From the NCBI GenBank assembly GCA_030390025.1, contig CM059433.1, positions 19,036,001 to 19,100,000 on the forward strand: 64,000 bases of DNA. Reading direction: 5' to 3'. Under the pieces are notes generated by a model that did no database searches, was not told the origin of the DNA, and was given only the letters and a program-made list of their open reading frames with translations. The DNA comes from Squalus acanthias (taxonomy: Eukaryota). A program made the position numbers and the translations under genes. Positions 13,217-25,935 of the stretch are shown here, in pieces. How positions within the stretch are numbered: position 1 is the first letter of the stretch; every line of letters starts with the position of its first letter.

Positions 13217-13967
13217 ATGAAATTTAACGCGGAAAAGTGCAAAGTGATACATTTTGGTAGGAAGAACAAGGAGAGGCAATATAAACTAAAGGGTACAATC
13301 CTAAAGGGGGTGCATGAACAGAGAGACCTGGGGGTATATGTGCACAAATCGATGAAGGTGGCAGGGCAGGTTGAGAAAGCAGTTAAAAAAGCATACGGGA
13401 TCCTAGACTTCATAAATAGAGGCATAGAGTACAAAAACAAGGAAGTTATGATGAACCTTTTATAAAGCACTTTATGAAGGATGTGAAGGCCTTAGAGAGG
13501 GTGCAGAAAAGATTTACGAGAATGATTCCAGGGATGAGGGACTTTAGTTATGTGGATAGACTGGAGGCTGGGGTGGTTCTCCTTAGAGCAGAGAAGGCTG
13601 AGAGGAGATTTGGTAGAGGTATTCAAAATCATGAGGGGTCTGGACAGAGTAGATAGAGAGAAACTGTTCCCATTGGCGGAAGGGTCGAGAACCAGAGGAC
13701 ACAGATTCAAGGTGATTGACAGAAGAACCAAAGGCAACATGAGGAAAAACTTTTTTACGCAGCAAGTGGTTAGGATCTGGAATGCACTGCCTGAAAGGGT
13801 GGTGGCTTTCAAAAGGGAATTGGATAAGTACCTGAAGGAAAAAAAATTGCAGGGCTACGGGGAAAGGGCAGGGGAGTGGGACTAGCTGAAGTGCTCTTGC
13901 AGAGAGCTGGCACAGGCTCGACAGGCCGAATGGCCTCCTTCAGTGCTGTAACCATTCTATGATTCTA
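13217..13967 (+). mobile_element. CR1 LINE 3' fragment
   Basis: MKFNAEKCKVIHFG...QRDLGV..., LEQRRLRGDL; attctatgattcta tail. Confidence 0.92.
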
Positions 13968-14583
13968 AATTAAGGTTTTGAAAAGGTACAGCAGTGTAGT
14001 TTTCACTTAAAATATCATGATTAAAATATCTACCAAAACTTGAGTGATACAAAGTTTAAAACTGATTTACATAATGGATAGAAATCCTACTTCTTTAGTA
14101 ATGCTAGAGAAGTTACATTAGCAAATTCACAAGGGTGCAACAAAGCTTCAGTACTGCAAAGCGCCCTCTTAAAAATTAGATGTGTTATTTCTAGGCTAAG
14201 TCTGAATGGTCATTGTTAGACCAGATCATAAATTCCCATTTATGGCTTTGTAAACACAGATAAACATTATATCGAAAGCTTCCACGTCCATCCCAACGAG
14301 GAAGGGGAGAGGGGAAAAAAGGAGGTATAAATACATTTTTATTTAGGATGTGCAAAAACCTCAGCTACTGTACAGACTAGTAAAGCAGGCAATAGAACTC
14401 CAAATACTACAGATAAGCAAAACAACCAAAGCGTTAAACAAAGTTCTCTATTTAAAAGCTCCATGAAAAAATCTAAATGGTGGATAAGTTCCCATTTAAA
14501 AACATTTAATGCACGCGACACTATTTTTAAAATTTCAGTATCAACTTGGAATTTCTAGCACATAATACCAAGCAAAATACATT

Positions 14584-15775
14584 GGGCTGGAATTTGCTGA
14601 ACAAATAACGGCGTGTGAATGATGCACACTTATTAATGTACAAATCGGCCAGCAACTTGTGGCAAGGAAGAGATACCCTGTGAATTGTGACTTGTCACAA
14701 GTTGCTGGACGATTTGTACCGCTCCTCCTGCGCAAAAATGGCATCTCGCACTTACCTCCCCGTAAGTTTCATGAATTTGTAAGATGCCCTATTCTTATAC
14801 ACTTATATATGTAGGATTAGGATTTGGCTTAATCTCATATGATTACGGTTTTTGCTTTCTTTTCACTTATAAATAGCTTGTAGACTTGTACTGTAGCTAG
14901 AAATAATGAAATGGTTAAGTTGTTCATTCCCAGAATTCTTCAGGGTATGGATGATATTTAGCAAGAAAAAGCTTTGTCAGCAGGAAAGGTTTTTTGTTAG
15001 CAAGGAATGATAACAACGGGTCAATGGTCTCCCAGATAAGAGGGTAGCCCATACCACAAACAAACAAGATAATGATCAACAGATCAGTTAGGAAACTGAA
15101 AAACAACTCCTGTTAAAGGGATGCTTGTGCATGACTAGAGCCCTATAAAGATCTTGAGTTTCCTTTACAATTTGTAGAGAGACAAGGACGAAAGAATCAA
15201 CAAAGGTTATGCTCCAGGGTGAAAGTGGGCAATATTGTTTATTTCTCTATATGACTATTGCTTAAGATGTTGAGTGTGTCAAGACACGGACAAACTCAAT
15301 AAAGATCTGCAACCAAAAATTGGTGTCAAATCGAAGAACCTTCCAATTTGCACATTAATTGCCCATTAAACTCACCGCAGATCGTCAAGTCCCGTAATTA
15401 ACAGTGTAAGTCCCCTTTTAATGACATGATAATTGTTAATGACTGCAAATCAACCTCTCTGACCCAGAAAGTGAACAATTAAAAGTGTGGTGCCTCATTA
15501 CTTCAGGTAGCGAATTGTTGTTGGAGATTTTAAAATCAAATTTTAAATTTTACTCTAATTCACACTCCTTTCTCCGTTTATATCTGAATGCTTCAATCTC
15601 ATTGATTAAGGAGATACCCTGTTGGTCCCATCATTCACCAGTGTCCCAGATGCCCTGTTATCAGCTCACACTTCCAGCAATTTGCAGCGGGAATGAAATT
15701 TGAGCTGAAGGGGGCAGAAAAAGTTTAACTAACTTGACACGCTAAGAGATGCCCTGCTCCAGCAAATTTTGGGTC
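14584..15775. mobile_element. Harbinger-like MITE (H1) containing a nested insertion
   Basis: 3-bp TSD att on both sides; imperfect TIR gggctggaatttgct/agcaaattttgggtc. Confidence 0.75.
14778..15345 (+). mobile_element. Probable solo LTR nested in the MITE
   Basis: 568-bp insert absent from sister MITE copies; TG...CA termini; TATAAA near 15144 and AATAAA near 15298; flanks aatt/attt. Confidence 0.55.
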
Positions 15776-16550
15776 ATTGAAAATTTAGCAAATATCTAAC
15801 TTCCAACAAGAAATTATCTCATTTCTGTTTAACAGTGTTTTCATGCTATTTTAAAAGACCTCAGTAATTCCTCATCATAATGGTTCCACGAATGCTGTAA
15901 CATTCCATCGAGAAATAAAAACGCTCTTAACTTTATACTGATTGATTGGCAAGCTACCATGGTTAAGACATTGCAAAATAACCCAACTGAATCCATTAAC
16001 CTGGAGATAATCATTAAGCAGTCTAATGATTTCCAATACAAATAATACTGGACAAATCTCTTTCTTTTGATTACTTTAGCACTGCATAGACATCTGTGGA
16101 ACAATAATTCCATTTGGTCTATAAGAGCATTACTACTTACAGGTCTTCTGATTTTTGGGCAGAACTTCAAGCCTGCACACATCAGATAGTATTAAGTTCC
16201 TGTTGTTGGGGCTGCAAAGTTAGCAGTTGCATGCAGTATTGCGTATACAGATAGTATGTTTTCTTTCACCAAGTAAAATTCTTAGCAACCGGGCAAGAAA
16301 ATGTTACACATTACAACCATGCAGAAAATACAATTTATAATAATTTTTTTGAAAGTTCCAAACTAAAATAGGGTCAGAGAACAGGTCATCATCCAACTGT
16401 GTACCCGCATGGGAATCGCTAGAATGCTACTCAGACCAGCAACTGCCAATAGAGCATCAGTTACAAAAACAGAAAAATAAAAATAAAATTTCACTTTAAG
16501 CAATATTTCTATCATTACCATCAAAATGTAAAAAATATTGAAGTACTTAC

Positions 16551-16640
16551 TGGGGTGCCCACTTTTATCTGTTGTTGCAGTTTATTAGCCATTGCTTCTT
16601 CATTGAATTTGGCACTTCGCTTGACATATATTCCTCCATG
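16551..16640 (-). CDS. AGPAT5: AGPAT5 exon 4
   Basis: tttag|HGGIYVKRSAKFNEEAMANKLQQQIKVGTP|gtaagt; 90 bp. Confidence 0.96.
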
Positions 16641-18893
16641 CTAAAATATAAATGATATACACTATGAATTACATCTAGATGTTCTTTATTGCAAGGTTCA
16701 TTGGGTTTCATAATAGAATTTTTAAGAATACAACACAATTGACTACACAACTGATTGATGGCTGACATTAATGATATAAAGTGATAATTGTCCATGGATA
16801 AGCTTTACTAGTTCTGTTCATGTCAGCACTGGACAATCCTATTTTTCTAATTTATAGTACTCTACGTAATCTCAAAAGTGCACAAGAGGCATTAAAAATG
16901 GGGTACAAGTCTACAGTTCAAATGAAATATTAGGAGTACGTCTTTGAAATAGAACCCACAACCAAAGTTTCACATTGGCAATGTACGAAAAAACTTCATT
17001 ATTGATGGCAATGTAGGTTATTATTCTGAGCCGCAAACCTTAAATACTTCGCGTCTCAAGATAATTGGTTATGCTTTTGTTAAGTTCCCAATTAATAAGT
17101 TTGAACACAGGTAGGGAAACTGAAAATTTTAGAGTTTTACACGAACACTGACTACAGCTGCTAGTCTCACTTTGTTGATACTTTTACTTGTATGAATTAG
17201 GGTTCTGGATGCTTTCCAAGATTTTGTAGAATGTGATCACAACTAAAAATCTATACCATTCTTTCCATACGAAAATCTTACACAGGAGTTAATAAGAAAG
17301 TACTCAAGTGAATTCAATTTTCAGATATGTGAATAAAATTTGCCATAATTCATTTCATACGTTTCAAGCCTTCCAACCCCACAAGTAGTAAATGTATAAT
17401 GATCAAGTTGCTTGATCGCCTCCATCCTGAGGATTTTTTATTTGTCAAATGGCTACTTCCTGAGTTTTCTGAGAGAATAGGAATCTAGATGCTTGTTTTG
17501 GAAAAGAATGACATTACAGTCAGGAGAAATAGTTAAAAAAAAACCTTGTTGGGCTAAAATGTTGCAAGCCACTTGGTTTGTGAAGTGCAAGAGGTGGGGG
17601 CAGGGGGTCAACAATAGTGACTACGACCATGTTTGATACATTTACAAAAAAATAAATATATTTTGTACCTGTAGACAAATAGTAACAGAAGGATCTATTT
17701 TTTTTAAATTAATTTTGGAAGGGCATTATAATACTCTGCTGCACTGGACTACAGCTTAGGTCAAACTTGGAAAAACTGTTTCCTGTATATACTCATGCAG
17801 AAGATAAAGAATATAAAGTACTGCATTCAGTTCTGGGCACCGCACCTCAAGAAGCATTTACAGGCCTTGGAGAGGGTACATTGCAGATTCATCAGAATGA
17901 TATCTGGCTAAAAGGGTTAAATAATGAGGACAGGTTGCATAGACTAGGCTTGTATTCCCTGGAGTATAGAAGATTAATGAGTGCTGAGGGAGGGGTGGAA
18001 ATTACGGAGACTCTGGCCACAATCTTCAAATCCTACTTCGATATGGGAGTGGTGCCAGAGGACTGAGGATTGCAAATGTTACACCCCTGTTCAAAGAAGG
18101 GGAGAGGGATAAAGCCAGCAATTACTGGCCAATCAGCTCAACATCGGTGGTGGGGAAACTTTTAGTGACATTAGTCCAAGACAAAATTAATTGGCACTTG
18201 GAAAATATGGGTTAATAAATGAAAGCCAGCTCGGATATGTTAAAGGCAAATCGTGTTTGACTAATTTGATTGAGTTAATTGATGAAGTAATGGAGAGGGT
18301 GGATGAGGGTAGTGCGGTTGATATTGTGTATATGGACTTTCAAAAGGTGTTTGAGAACGTACCACATATTAGACTAGTTAGCAAAATTGAAGGCCATGGG
18401 ATTAAAGTGGCACTGGCTACGTGGTACGAAATTGGCTAAGGGACAGAAAGCAAGAAGTAGTGGTGAACGGTTGTTTTTCAGACTGAGGGAAGTATGCAGC
18501 AGGGTCCTCCAGGGATCAGTGTTGGGACCACTGCTCCTTTTGATGTATATTAATGACCTGGACTTGGGTATACAGGGCAGAATTTCAAAGTTTGCAGCTG
18601 ACACGGAACTTGGAAATGTAGTAAACAGTGAAAAGGACGGACTTAATAAGGACATAGGCAGACTGGTGAAATGGGCAGACACATGGCAGATGAAACTTAA
18701 TGCAGAGAAGTGTGAAGTGATTCATTTTGGTAGGAAGAATGAGGAGAAGCAATATAAACTAAATGGCACAATTTTAAAGGGAGTGCAGGAACAGAGACAC
18801 CTGGGGATGTACATACACAATTCTTTGAAGTTGACAGGACACGTCGAGAAGGCTGTTAAAAAAGCATACGGGATCCTTGGCTTTATAAACAGA

Positions 18894-19345
18894 CAAGGCG
18901 GCCTTCGGGATACACGACAACGCAAAATCATCGAGCAGAAACTGATAGCCAAGTTCCGCACTCATGAGGACGGCCTCAATCGGGATATCGGGTTCATGTC
19001 ACGCTATAGAACGTGACTTGACATCGTTGCCGGTCTTTCCAGTTTAAAAAAAAACAAACAAGAAACAAACACAAAAAACAAACCCAAATGGAGAGGATAT
19101 GCAGCCAGCAGGTGTTTTGACGCGTTGGACCCCCTGGGACACATCTCATTGTCTTGGCTGTGCTCTTAGTGTGTCTTTGATGTAGGGAAAGATTTAATCT
19201 ATGCATTTTCTCTGTGTTTATATTCTATGAATTCTGATAGATTCTCTCTCAGTAACTTTACCTGACGAAGGGGCGACAGCTCCGAAAGCTTGTAATTTTA
19301 AATAAATCTGTTGGACTATAACCTGGTGTTGTGCGACTTCTCATT
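18894..19345 (+). mobile_element. Penelope-like element 3' fragment (family A)
   Basis: QGGLRDTRQRKIIEQKLIAKFRTHEDGLNRD (GIY-YIG C-terminus), 3' UTR and hammerhead; 12-bp TSD tttataaacaga (18882-18893 / 19346-19357). Confidence 0.9.
19258..19295 (+). ncRNA. Minimal hammerhead ribozyme motif (family A)
   Basis: UUAC-CUGACGA-A-GGGGC-GACA-GCUCC-GAAA-GC-UU-GUAA. Confidence 0.78.
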
Positions 19346-19949
19346 TTTATAAACAGAGGCATAGATTACAAAAGCAAGGAAGATATTCTAAACCTTTGTA
19401 AAACACTAGTTAGGCTCCAGCTGCAGTATTGTGTCAAATTCTGGACACCCCACTTTAGGAAAATGTCAAGGCCTTAGAGAGGGTGCAGAGGAGATTTACT
19501 AAAATGGTACCAGGGATGAAAGACTTCAGTTACTTGGAGAGACTAGACTAGCTGGGGTTGTTCTCCTTAGAGCAGAAAAAGTTAATGGGAGATTTAATTG
19601 AGGTGTTCAAAATCATGAAGGGTTTTGATAGAGTAAATAAGGTGAAACTGTTGCAGTGGCAGAAGGGTCAGTAACCAGAGGACACATATTTAAGGTAACT
19701 GGCAAAAGAACCAGAGGCGACACGAGGAAAAAAAATTATGCGGCGAGTTATGATCTGCAATGCACTGCCTGAAAGTGTGGTGGAAGCAGATTTAATAATA
19801 ACTTTCAAAGAGGAATTGGGTAAATACTTGAAACGGAAACAATTGCTTGGCTATGGAGAAGAGAGCAGGGGAGTGGGCTAAATGGATAGCGCTTTCAAAG
19901 AGCCGGCACAGGCACGATGGGCTGAATGGCCTGCTTCTGCGCTGTATCG

Positions 19950-20449
19950 ACAACAACTTGCATTTACACAGCACCTTTAATGTAGTAAAACATCCCAAGA
20001 CGCTTCACAGGAGCATGAAAGCAAAATGTGACACCAAGCCACATAGGGAGATATTAGAGCAGATGACCAAAAGCTTGGACAAAGAGGTAGGTTTTAAGGA
20101 GCATCTTAAAGGAGGAGAGAGGTAGAGAGGTTTAGGGACAGAATTCCAGAGCTTCGCACCTTGGTAGCCGAAGGCACGGGCACCAATGGTGGAGCAATTA
20201 AAATCGGAGATGCTCAAGAAGCCAGAATTGGAGGAGCGCAGATATCAGAGGGTTGTGGGCTGGAGGAGGTTACAGAGATAGGGAGGGGCAAAGCCATGGA
20301 GGGATTTGAAAACAAGGATGAGAATTTTAAAATCAAGGCATTGCTTAATTGGGAGCCAATGTAGGTCAGTGAGTACAGGGGTGATGGGTGAACGGGACTT
20401 GGTGCAAGTTAGGACACTAGCAGCAGAATTTTGGACCACCTCAAGTTTA
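19950..20449 (-). mobile_element. L2 LINE 3' fragment
   Basis: VQNSAASVL..PITPVL..LHWLPI..FKIL; tgcaagttgttg tail. Confidence 0.85.
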
Positions 20450-20756
20450 CTGAATTTTATGAATCTATTCTATGAACGCAGTATGATCTTGTCAGTAATT
20501 TAATAACGTGGCAACTAACTACGATTTTAAAATGGCATATTAAATAGCTGACTTGTTTTAAGTTAAAAGGAGTGGTGGATAGTGAGGCTGATTTGCAATT
20601 GAAGGACCTGTTCCCATCAACAAACAAGCATCACAGAAGCTGGTCAGCCACGAAATGCCCGAGTACAAGTAAACTAATGACATAACTCTTTGAATCCAAG
20701 TTCTTTCCATTGCAAATAGTTTCCCTTCCTCGCAAATTTTAAACAAGGTACCATAC

Positions 20757-20872
20757 CTGAGAGAAATACCATCCGTACAAGGGAAGCCACTTCAGCCCAT
20801 CCTTTAGGACGTAACGCACATGGCCAAGTGCATTTTGTCGGATTGCTAACATGTCAGCAACAATCCAGTCAA
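20757..20872 (-). CDS. AGPAT5: AGPAT5 exon 3
   Basis: ttcag|(V)DWIVADMLAIRQNALGHVRYVLKDGLKWLPLYGWYFSQ|gtatgg; 116 bp; phase matches exon 2 and completes H-Q-C-T-V-D. Confidence 0.97.
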
Positions 20873-22389
20873 CTGAAAGGGAAGAAAAATATATTGTCCT
20901 TAATAGTATATTGATATATAACTTTGTCTTTTACATTAATTAAGATACAGAACAGCAAATTGAAGATTTACTTTATTTTATAAACAGAAAGTCAGTTTAA
21001 ACCAGCCTATTGAAAGGTATCCAAGCAGCTATGGCATTTCCAAGTGCCTGTGGAATCTATTCTCACATAGGGAATGCAATCCATACTATACAAATCCTCA
21101 ATGAATGGCACACTGCAGGTAATCATATTTTTGGAAGTTCCTAATGATGCTGGAATTTTGAAATGGATTCAATCTTTTGAGACTACTCAGTCATCACATT
21201 TATCAAGAGTTCTTACCTTATCACAAAAAAAATTCAATGTCGTCCCTTGCGATTCAGTACTTGCGATATTTAATTACAGCAAAAGAGAAAGCAAACACAT
21301 TCAGAACACTTGCAGCCACTATTTATCGTGAAACAGAATTGTTCAACCTACCATACCAATATGAAGAAAATGGCATACAGCACTCAGAGCACATTGCAAT
21401 CAAAATATTGAGGCTTGATCTTTCCTGCACTATTTCACTTTATAAAAAGCCTGTCAGGTTACATCGCTTGATTTCTGTTTTGCATTAACTTGTACTTTGG
21501 TGTCAATTATTTAAAGGTGATGAAATTCAGTAAGAATGTTTAACAATTAGATATAGAACTGCTGTAGAACATAAAAAATGTTAAAATCAAACAGAAGTTG
21601 ACAAAAAGTAAACAAACAGACTAAGCAAATTCTGCAAGTCTTTTTTTTTTAAAACAGTATGGCTCGGTTACTTTGCTGGATTAAATTAATATAGGGCAGA
21701 CGTGGATAAGTCATTAACTCCCATTTGTTGGATCACTTTCCCAGTTCAATTCTCACTTATCAAAGGCTCTACTCTATATTTCCTTTTTAAAATCGACTTT
21801 TTCACCTCTAATTCCAGTGGACAACCTCCAGCAGTGTGCCCACTGATGCTCTGTCCTCAAACAGCTCCTGGACCCACTCCCTCTCCACAACCGTCTCCAA
21901 ACCTGGACACTGGCTCGTGGATGCTCCAAGCTGACTCCAACCTGTTGACAAGCCAACTTCTACCCACCACTTTGTTTCATATCATCTCTACTATGTCCTC
22001 AAATTATAACCAGGACATGTCCCTCAATTTCTGCCATGTACATAACTTAGTGTGCCTCCTATATAACTAAAATTTCCTGCATCTATTCGCGTGCACATTT
22101 TGGCTACCGCTCAGGATCTGAGCAAATTACTTTTACCTGCCTTTATTTTCTTCTCTTAGCACCTCTCGGGTCCTTCGCGCCTGTCTCCTCCCCTTCCCAT
22201 CACCTCATCATGTCACCTTTCTTTTCTTCCCTCACTGGTAGCATGCTGCCCCATCCCTATTTTAAACTATCACTCGAATTCCCCTATAAGTTGCCCACAG
22301 ATATTCTCTGTCTCCCTTGACATTCTCCAAAAGATCCTTTGAGGGACCTGTAACAGCCTCCTTTGCAAGCCAATCTTGGATGAAAGAAT

Positions 22390-23075
22390 AGAGTTGTATA
22401 TCAAAGTTTGCAGATGATACTAAGTTAGGAGGCACACTAAGTTATGTATATGAGAGCAGGAGGTTACAAAAGGACCAAGAGTGAGTTGACAACACTAAAG
22501 CAGATGGTGTTCAATATGGGGAATGTGAGGTCATCCACACTGAATCCAAGAAAGATCATTCAAAATATTTTATTCATGGTGACAGACTAGGAGCTGTTGA
22601 TGAGCAAAAGGATTAGAGTATACATGTGCACATTATCACTAAAAGCTAGTACACAGGTACAACAAGTAATCAAGAAGGCAAATGGAATGTTGGCTTTTAT
22701 CTCAAGGGGACAAGAATACAAAGGGGAGGAAGCGATGCTTCAGTTGTACAGAGCCTTGCTCAGACCCCTCTGGAGTATTACGTTCAGCTTTGGGTACCAA
22801 ACCTCAGGAAAGATATATTGGCCTTGCAGGGGGTGCAGCACAGATTTGCCAGAATGAGGCCAGGGATTAAAAAGAGTTACATTATGAGGACAGGTTGCAT
22901 ATTCCCTTGAGATTATACAGTTGAGGGGTGATCGAACGCTTCTTTAAAATGATATTGGATTTGAGAAGAGTAAATATAGAGAAAGCATTTCCTTTGGGGA
23001 ATCCAGAACAAAGGGCCTTCAAGAGTGAAATCAGGAGGCACTTCTTCACACAAAGGGTAGTGGAAATCTAGACTT
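22390..23075 (+). mobile_element. Degenerate CR1 fragment
   Basis: tcaaagtttgcagatgatactaag (KFADDTK); QVIKKANGMLAFI. Confidence 0.8.
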
Positions 23076-23283
23076 TCCTCCCTAAATCTCTCCGCCTCTA
23101 CTTCTTTCTCCTCCTTTAAGACCCACCTTAAAACTTAACTCCTTGAGCAAACTTTTGGTCACCCATCCGGATATCTCCTTCTTTGCCTCAGTGTCAAATT
23201 TTGATTGAGAATGCTCTTGTGAAGCGCCTCGGGACATTTTGCTACGTTAAAGGTGCTATATAAATGCAATTAGTTGTTGTTGC
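23076..23283 (+). mobile_element. L2 3' end
   Basis: Matches the L2 tail (tgtgaagcgcct..gctatataaatgca..gttgttgttg). Confidence 0.75.
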
Positions 23284-23494
23284 TTGGTGACCGCTCATCC
23301 TTGGTTATTTTAGTCTCAGCTGCCCTTATGGAATCATTGAATGATACAGGACAGGAGGCCATTCAGCTCATCATGCCTGCTCTTTTAAAGAGCTATCCAA
23401 ATTAGTCCCACTCCCCTGCCCGTTCCTCCATATCCCTGCAAAACTTTTCCCTTCAAGTATTTATCCAATTCCCTTTTGAAAATTATTGAATCTG

Positions 23495-25051
23495 CCCCTG
23501 GACCCGACGGCCTACATCCTAGGGCTCTAAAAGAGGTGGCTGCAGAGATAGTGGATGCATTGGTTTTGATCTTCCAAAATTCCCTCGATTCTAGAACAGT
23601 CCCAGTGGATTGGAAGGTAGCAAATGTAACACCGCTATTCAAGAAAGGAGGGAGAGAAAAAACAGGGAACTATAGGCCAGTTAGCCTGACATCAGTCGTT
23701 GGGAAAATGCTGGAATCCATTGTTAAGGACATGGTATCAGGGCACTTAGAAAATCTTAACATGATTAGGCAGAGTCAACATGGTTTTATGAAAGGGAAAT
23801 CGTGTTTGACAAATTTATTAGAGTTTTTTGAGGATGTAACCAACAGGGTAGATAAAAGGGAACCAGTGGATAGTGTATATTTGGATTTTCAAAAGGTATT
23901 CGATAAGGGTGCCACATAAAAGGTACACAAGATAAGGGCTCATGGGGTTGGGGGTAATATAGCAGCATGGATAGAGGATTGGTTAACGGACAGAAAACAA
24001 AGTAGGGGTAAACGGGTCTTTTTCAGGTTGGCAGGCTGCAACTAGTGGGGTGCTGCAAGGATCAGTGCTGGGGCCTCAGCTGTTTACAATCTATATTAAT
24101 GACCTAGATGAAAGGACCGAGTGTAATGTATCCAAGTTTGCAGACGATACAAAGCTAGGTGGGTCAGTAAGCTGTGAGGAGAACACAGAGTCTGCAAAGG
24201 GATATAGATAGACTAAGTGAGTGGGCATTATGGTGGCAGATAATGTAGGGAAATGTGAGGTTATTCACTTTGGTAGGAAGAATTTAAAAAATATTCTGTT
24301 TTTCTAATGGTGAGAAACTTTTAAATGTTGGTGTTCAGAGAGATTTGGGTGTCCTCGTGCAAGAAACACAGAAAGCTAGCATGCAGGTACAGCAAGCAAT
24401 AAGGAAGGCAAATAACATGTTGGCCTTTATTGCAAGGGGATTGCAGTATAAGAATAAGAAAGTCTTGCTGCAATTGTACAGGGCCTTGGTGAGACCACAC
24501 CTGGAGTACTGTGCACAGTTTTGGTCTCCTTATTTAAGGAAGGATATACTTGCCTTGGAGGCGGTGCAATAAAGGCTCACTAGATTGATTCCTGGGATGA
24601 GAGGATTGTCCTATGATGAGAGATTGTGTAGAATGGGCCGATACTCTCTGGAGTTTAGAAGAATGAGAGGTTATCTCATTAAAACATACAAGATTCTGAA
24701 GGGGATCGACAGGGTAGATGCTGAGAGCTTGTTTCCCCTGGCTGGAGTGTCTAGAACTAGGGGGCATAGTCTCAAGATAAGGGGTAGGCCATTTAAGACC
24801 GAGATGAGGAGGAATTTCTTCACTCAGAGGGTTGTGAATCTTGGAATTCTCTGCCCCAAAGGGCTGTGGATGCTGAGTCTTTGAGTATATTCAAGGTTGA
24901 GAGAGATAGATTTTTGTACTCCAGGGGAATCAAGGGATATGGAGATCGGGCAGGAAAGTGGAGTTGAGGTCGACGATCAGCCATGATCTTATTGAACGGC
25001 GGAGCAGGCTTGAGGAGCTGTATGGCCTACTCTGCTCCTATTTCTTATGTT
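23495..25051 (+). mobile_element. CR1 LINE (RT to 3' end), nested
   Basis: [47 protein letters not shown]. Confidence 0.92.
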
Positions 25052-25466
25052 CCCACCACCCTTTCAAGCTGTGCATTCCAGATTATAACTCACAGTAAAA
25101 AAAAAAAATTCTTATCTCACCTCTAGTTCTTTTGCCAATTACCTTAAATCCGTCTCCTCTGGTTATCAACCCTTCTGCCACTAGAAACAGTTTTCTACTT
25201 ATTTACTCCATGATTTTGAATACCTCTATTAAATCTCTCCTCAACCTTCTCTGTTCTAAGAAGAACAACCCCAGTTTCGCTAGTCTCTCCACATAACTGA
25301 AGTCCTGCATCCCTGGTACCATTCTAGCAAATCTCCTCTGCACTCTCTCCAAGTCTTTGACATCTTTCCTGAAGTGTAGTGCCCAGAATTGGACACAATA
25401 CTCCAGCTGGGGCCTAACCAGTGATTTATAAAGGTTTAACATAACACTTGCTTCTGTACTCTATGC

Positions 25467-25660
25467 AGATAGTCAGGATGATTTAATTTATTGGTCTGCA
25501 ATTGTAAAGTACACATGCTTTGTTTTCTATCTATATATGCTTTGGCGATTCTGTATCTAATTTACTTCACCTGAGGAAGGAGCAAATCGATAGCTCCGAA
25601 AGCTTGTGATTTCAAATAAAACTGTTGGACTATAACCTGGTGTTGTGCGACCTCTCTCTT
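25467..25660 (+). mobile_element. Penelope-like 3' terminal fragment (family A)
   Basis: Shares the hammerhead and ttggactataacctggtgttgtgcgac with the 19345 and 40417 ends; no clear TSD. Confidence 0.82.
25567..25609 (+). ncRNA. Minimal hammerhead ribozyme motif (family A)
   Basis: UCAC-CUGAGGA-A-GGAGC-AAAUCGAUA-GCUCC-GAAA-GC-UU-GUGA. Confidence 0.78.
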
Positions 25661-25935
25661 TTTATAAAGCCAAGGATCTCTTATGCTTTTTAACAGCCTT
25701 CTCAACGTGTCCTGCTGCCTTCAAAAACTTGTGTACACACACCTCCAGGTCTCTCTGTTCCTGTACTCCCTTTAAAATTGTACCATTTAGTTTATATTGT
25801 TTCTCCTCATTCTTCCCACCAAAATGCATCGCTTCACACCTGCGTTAAATTTCATCTGCCATGTGTTTGCCCATTTCACCAGTCCTCCTGAAGACCATTA
25901 CTATTCTCCTCAGTGTTTACTAAATTTCCAAGGTT

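Larger units (their letters stand above)
17800..19947 (+). mobile_element. CR1 LINE fragments (RT region to 3' end), interrupted by a Penelope-like insertion
   Basis: [33 protein letters not shown]1 resumes at 19346. Confidence 0.9.
23331..25935 (-). mobile_element. CR1 3' fragment split by an opposite-orientation CR1 and a Penelope-like insertion
   Basis: 3' end at 23331-23494 resumes at about 25052 (ccaccaccctttc); LVRPQLEYCVQFW. Confidence 0.8.

Noticed and set aside
18387..19016. Apparent RT plus GIY-YIG fusion ORF
   Set aside because: A chance in-frame junction of a decayed CR1 with an inserted PLE fragment, as the TSD shows.
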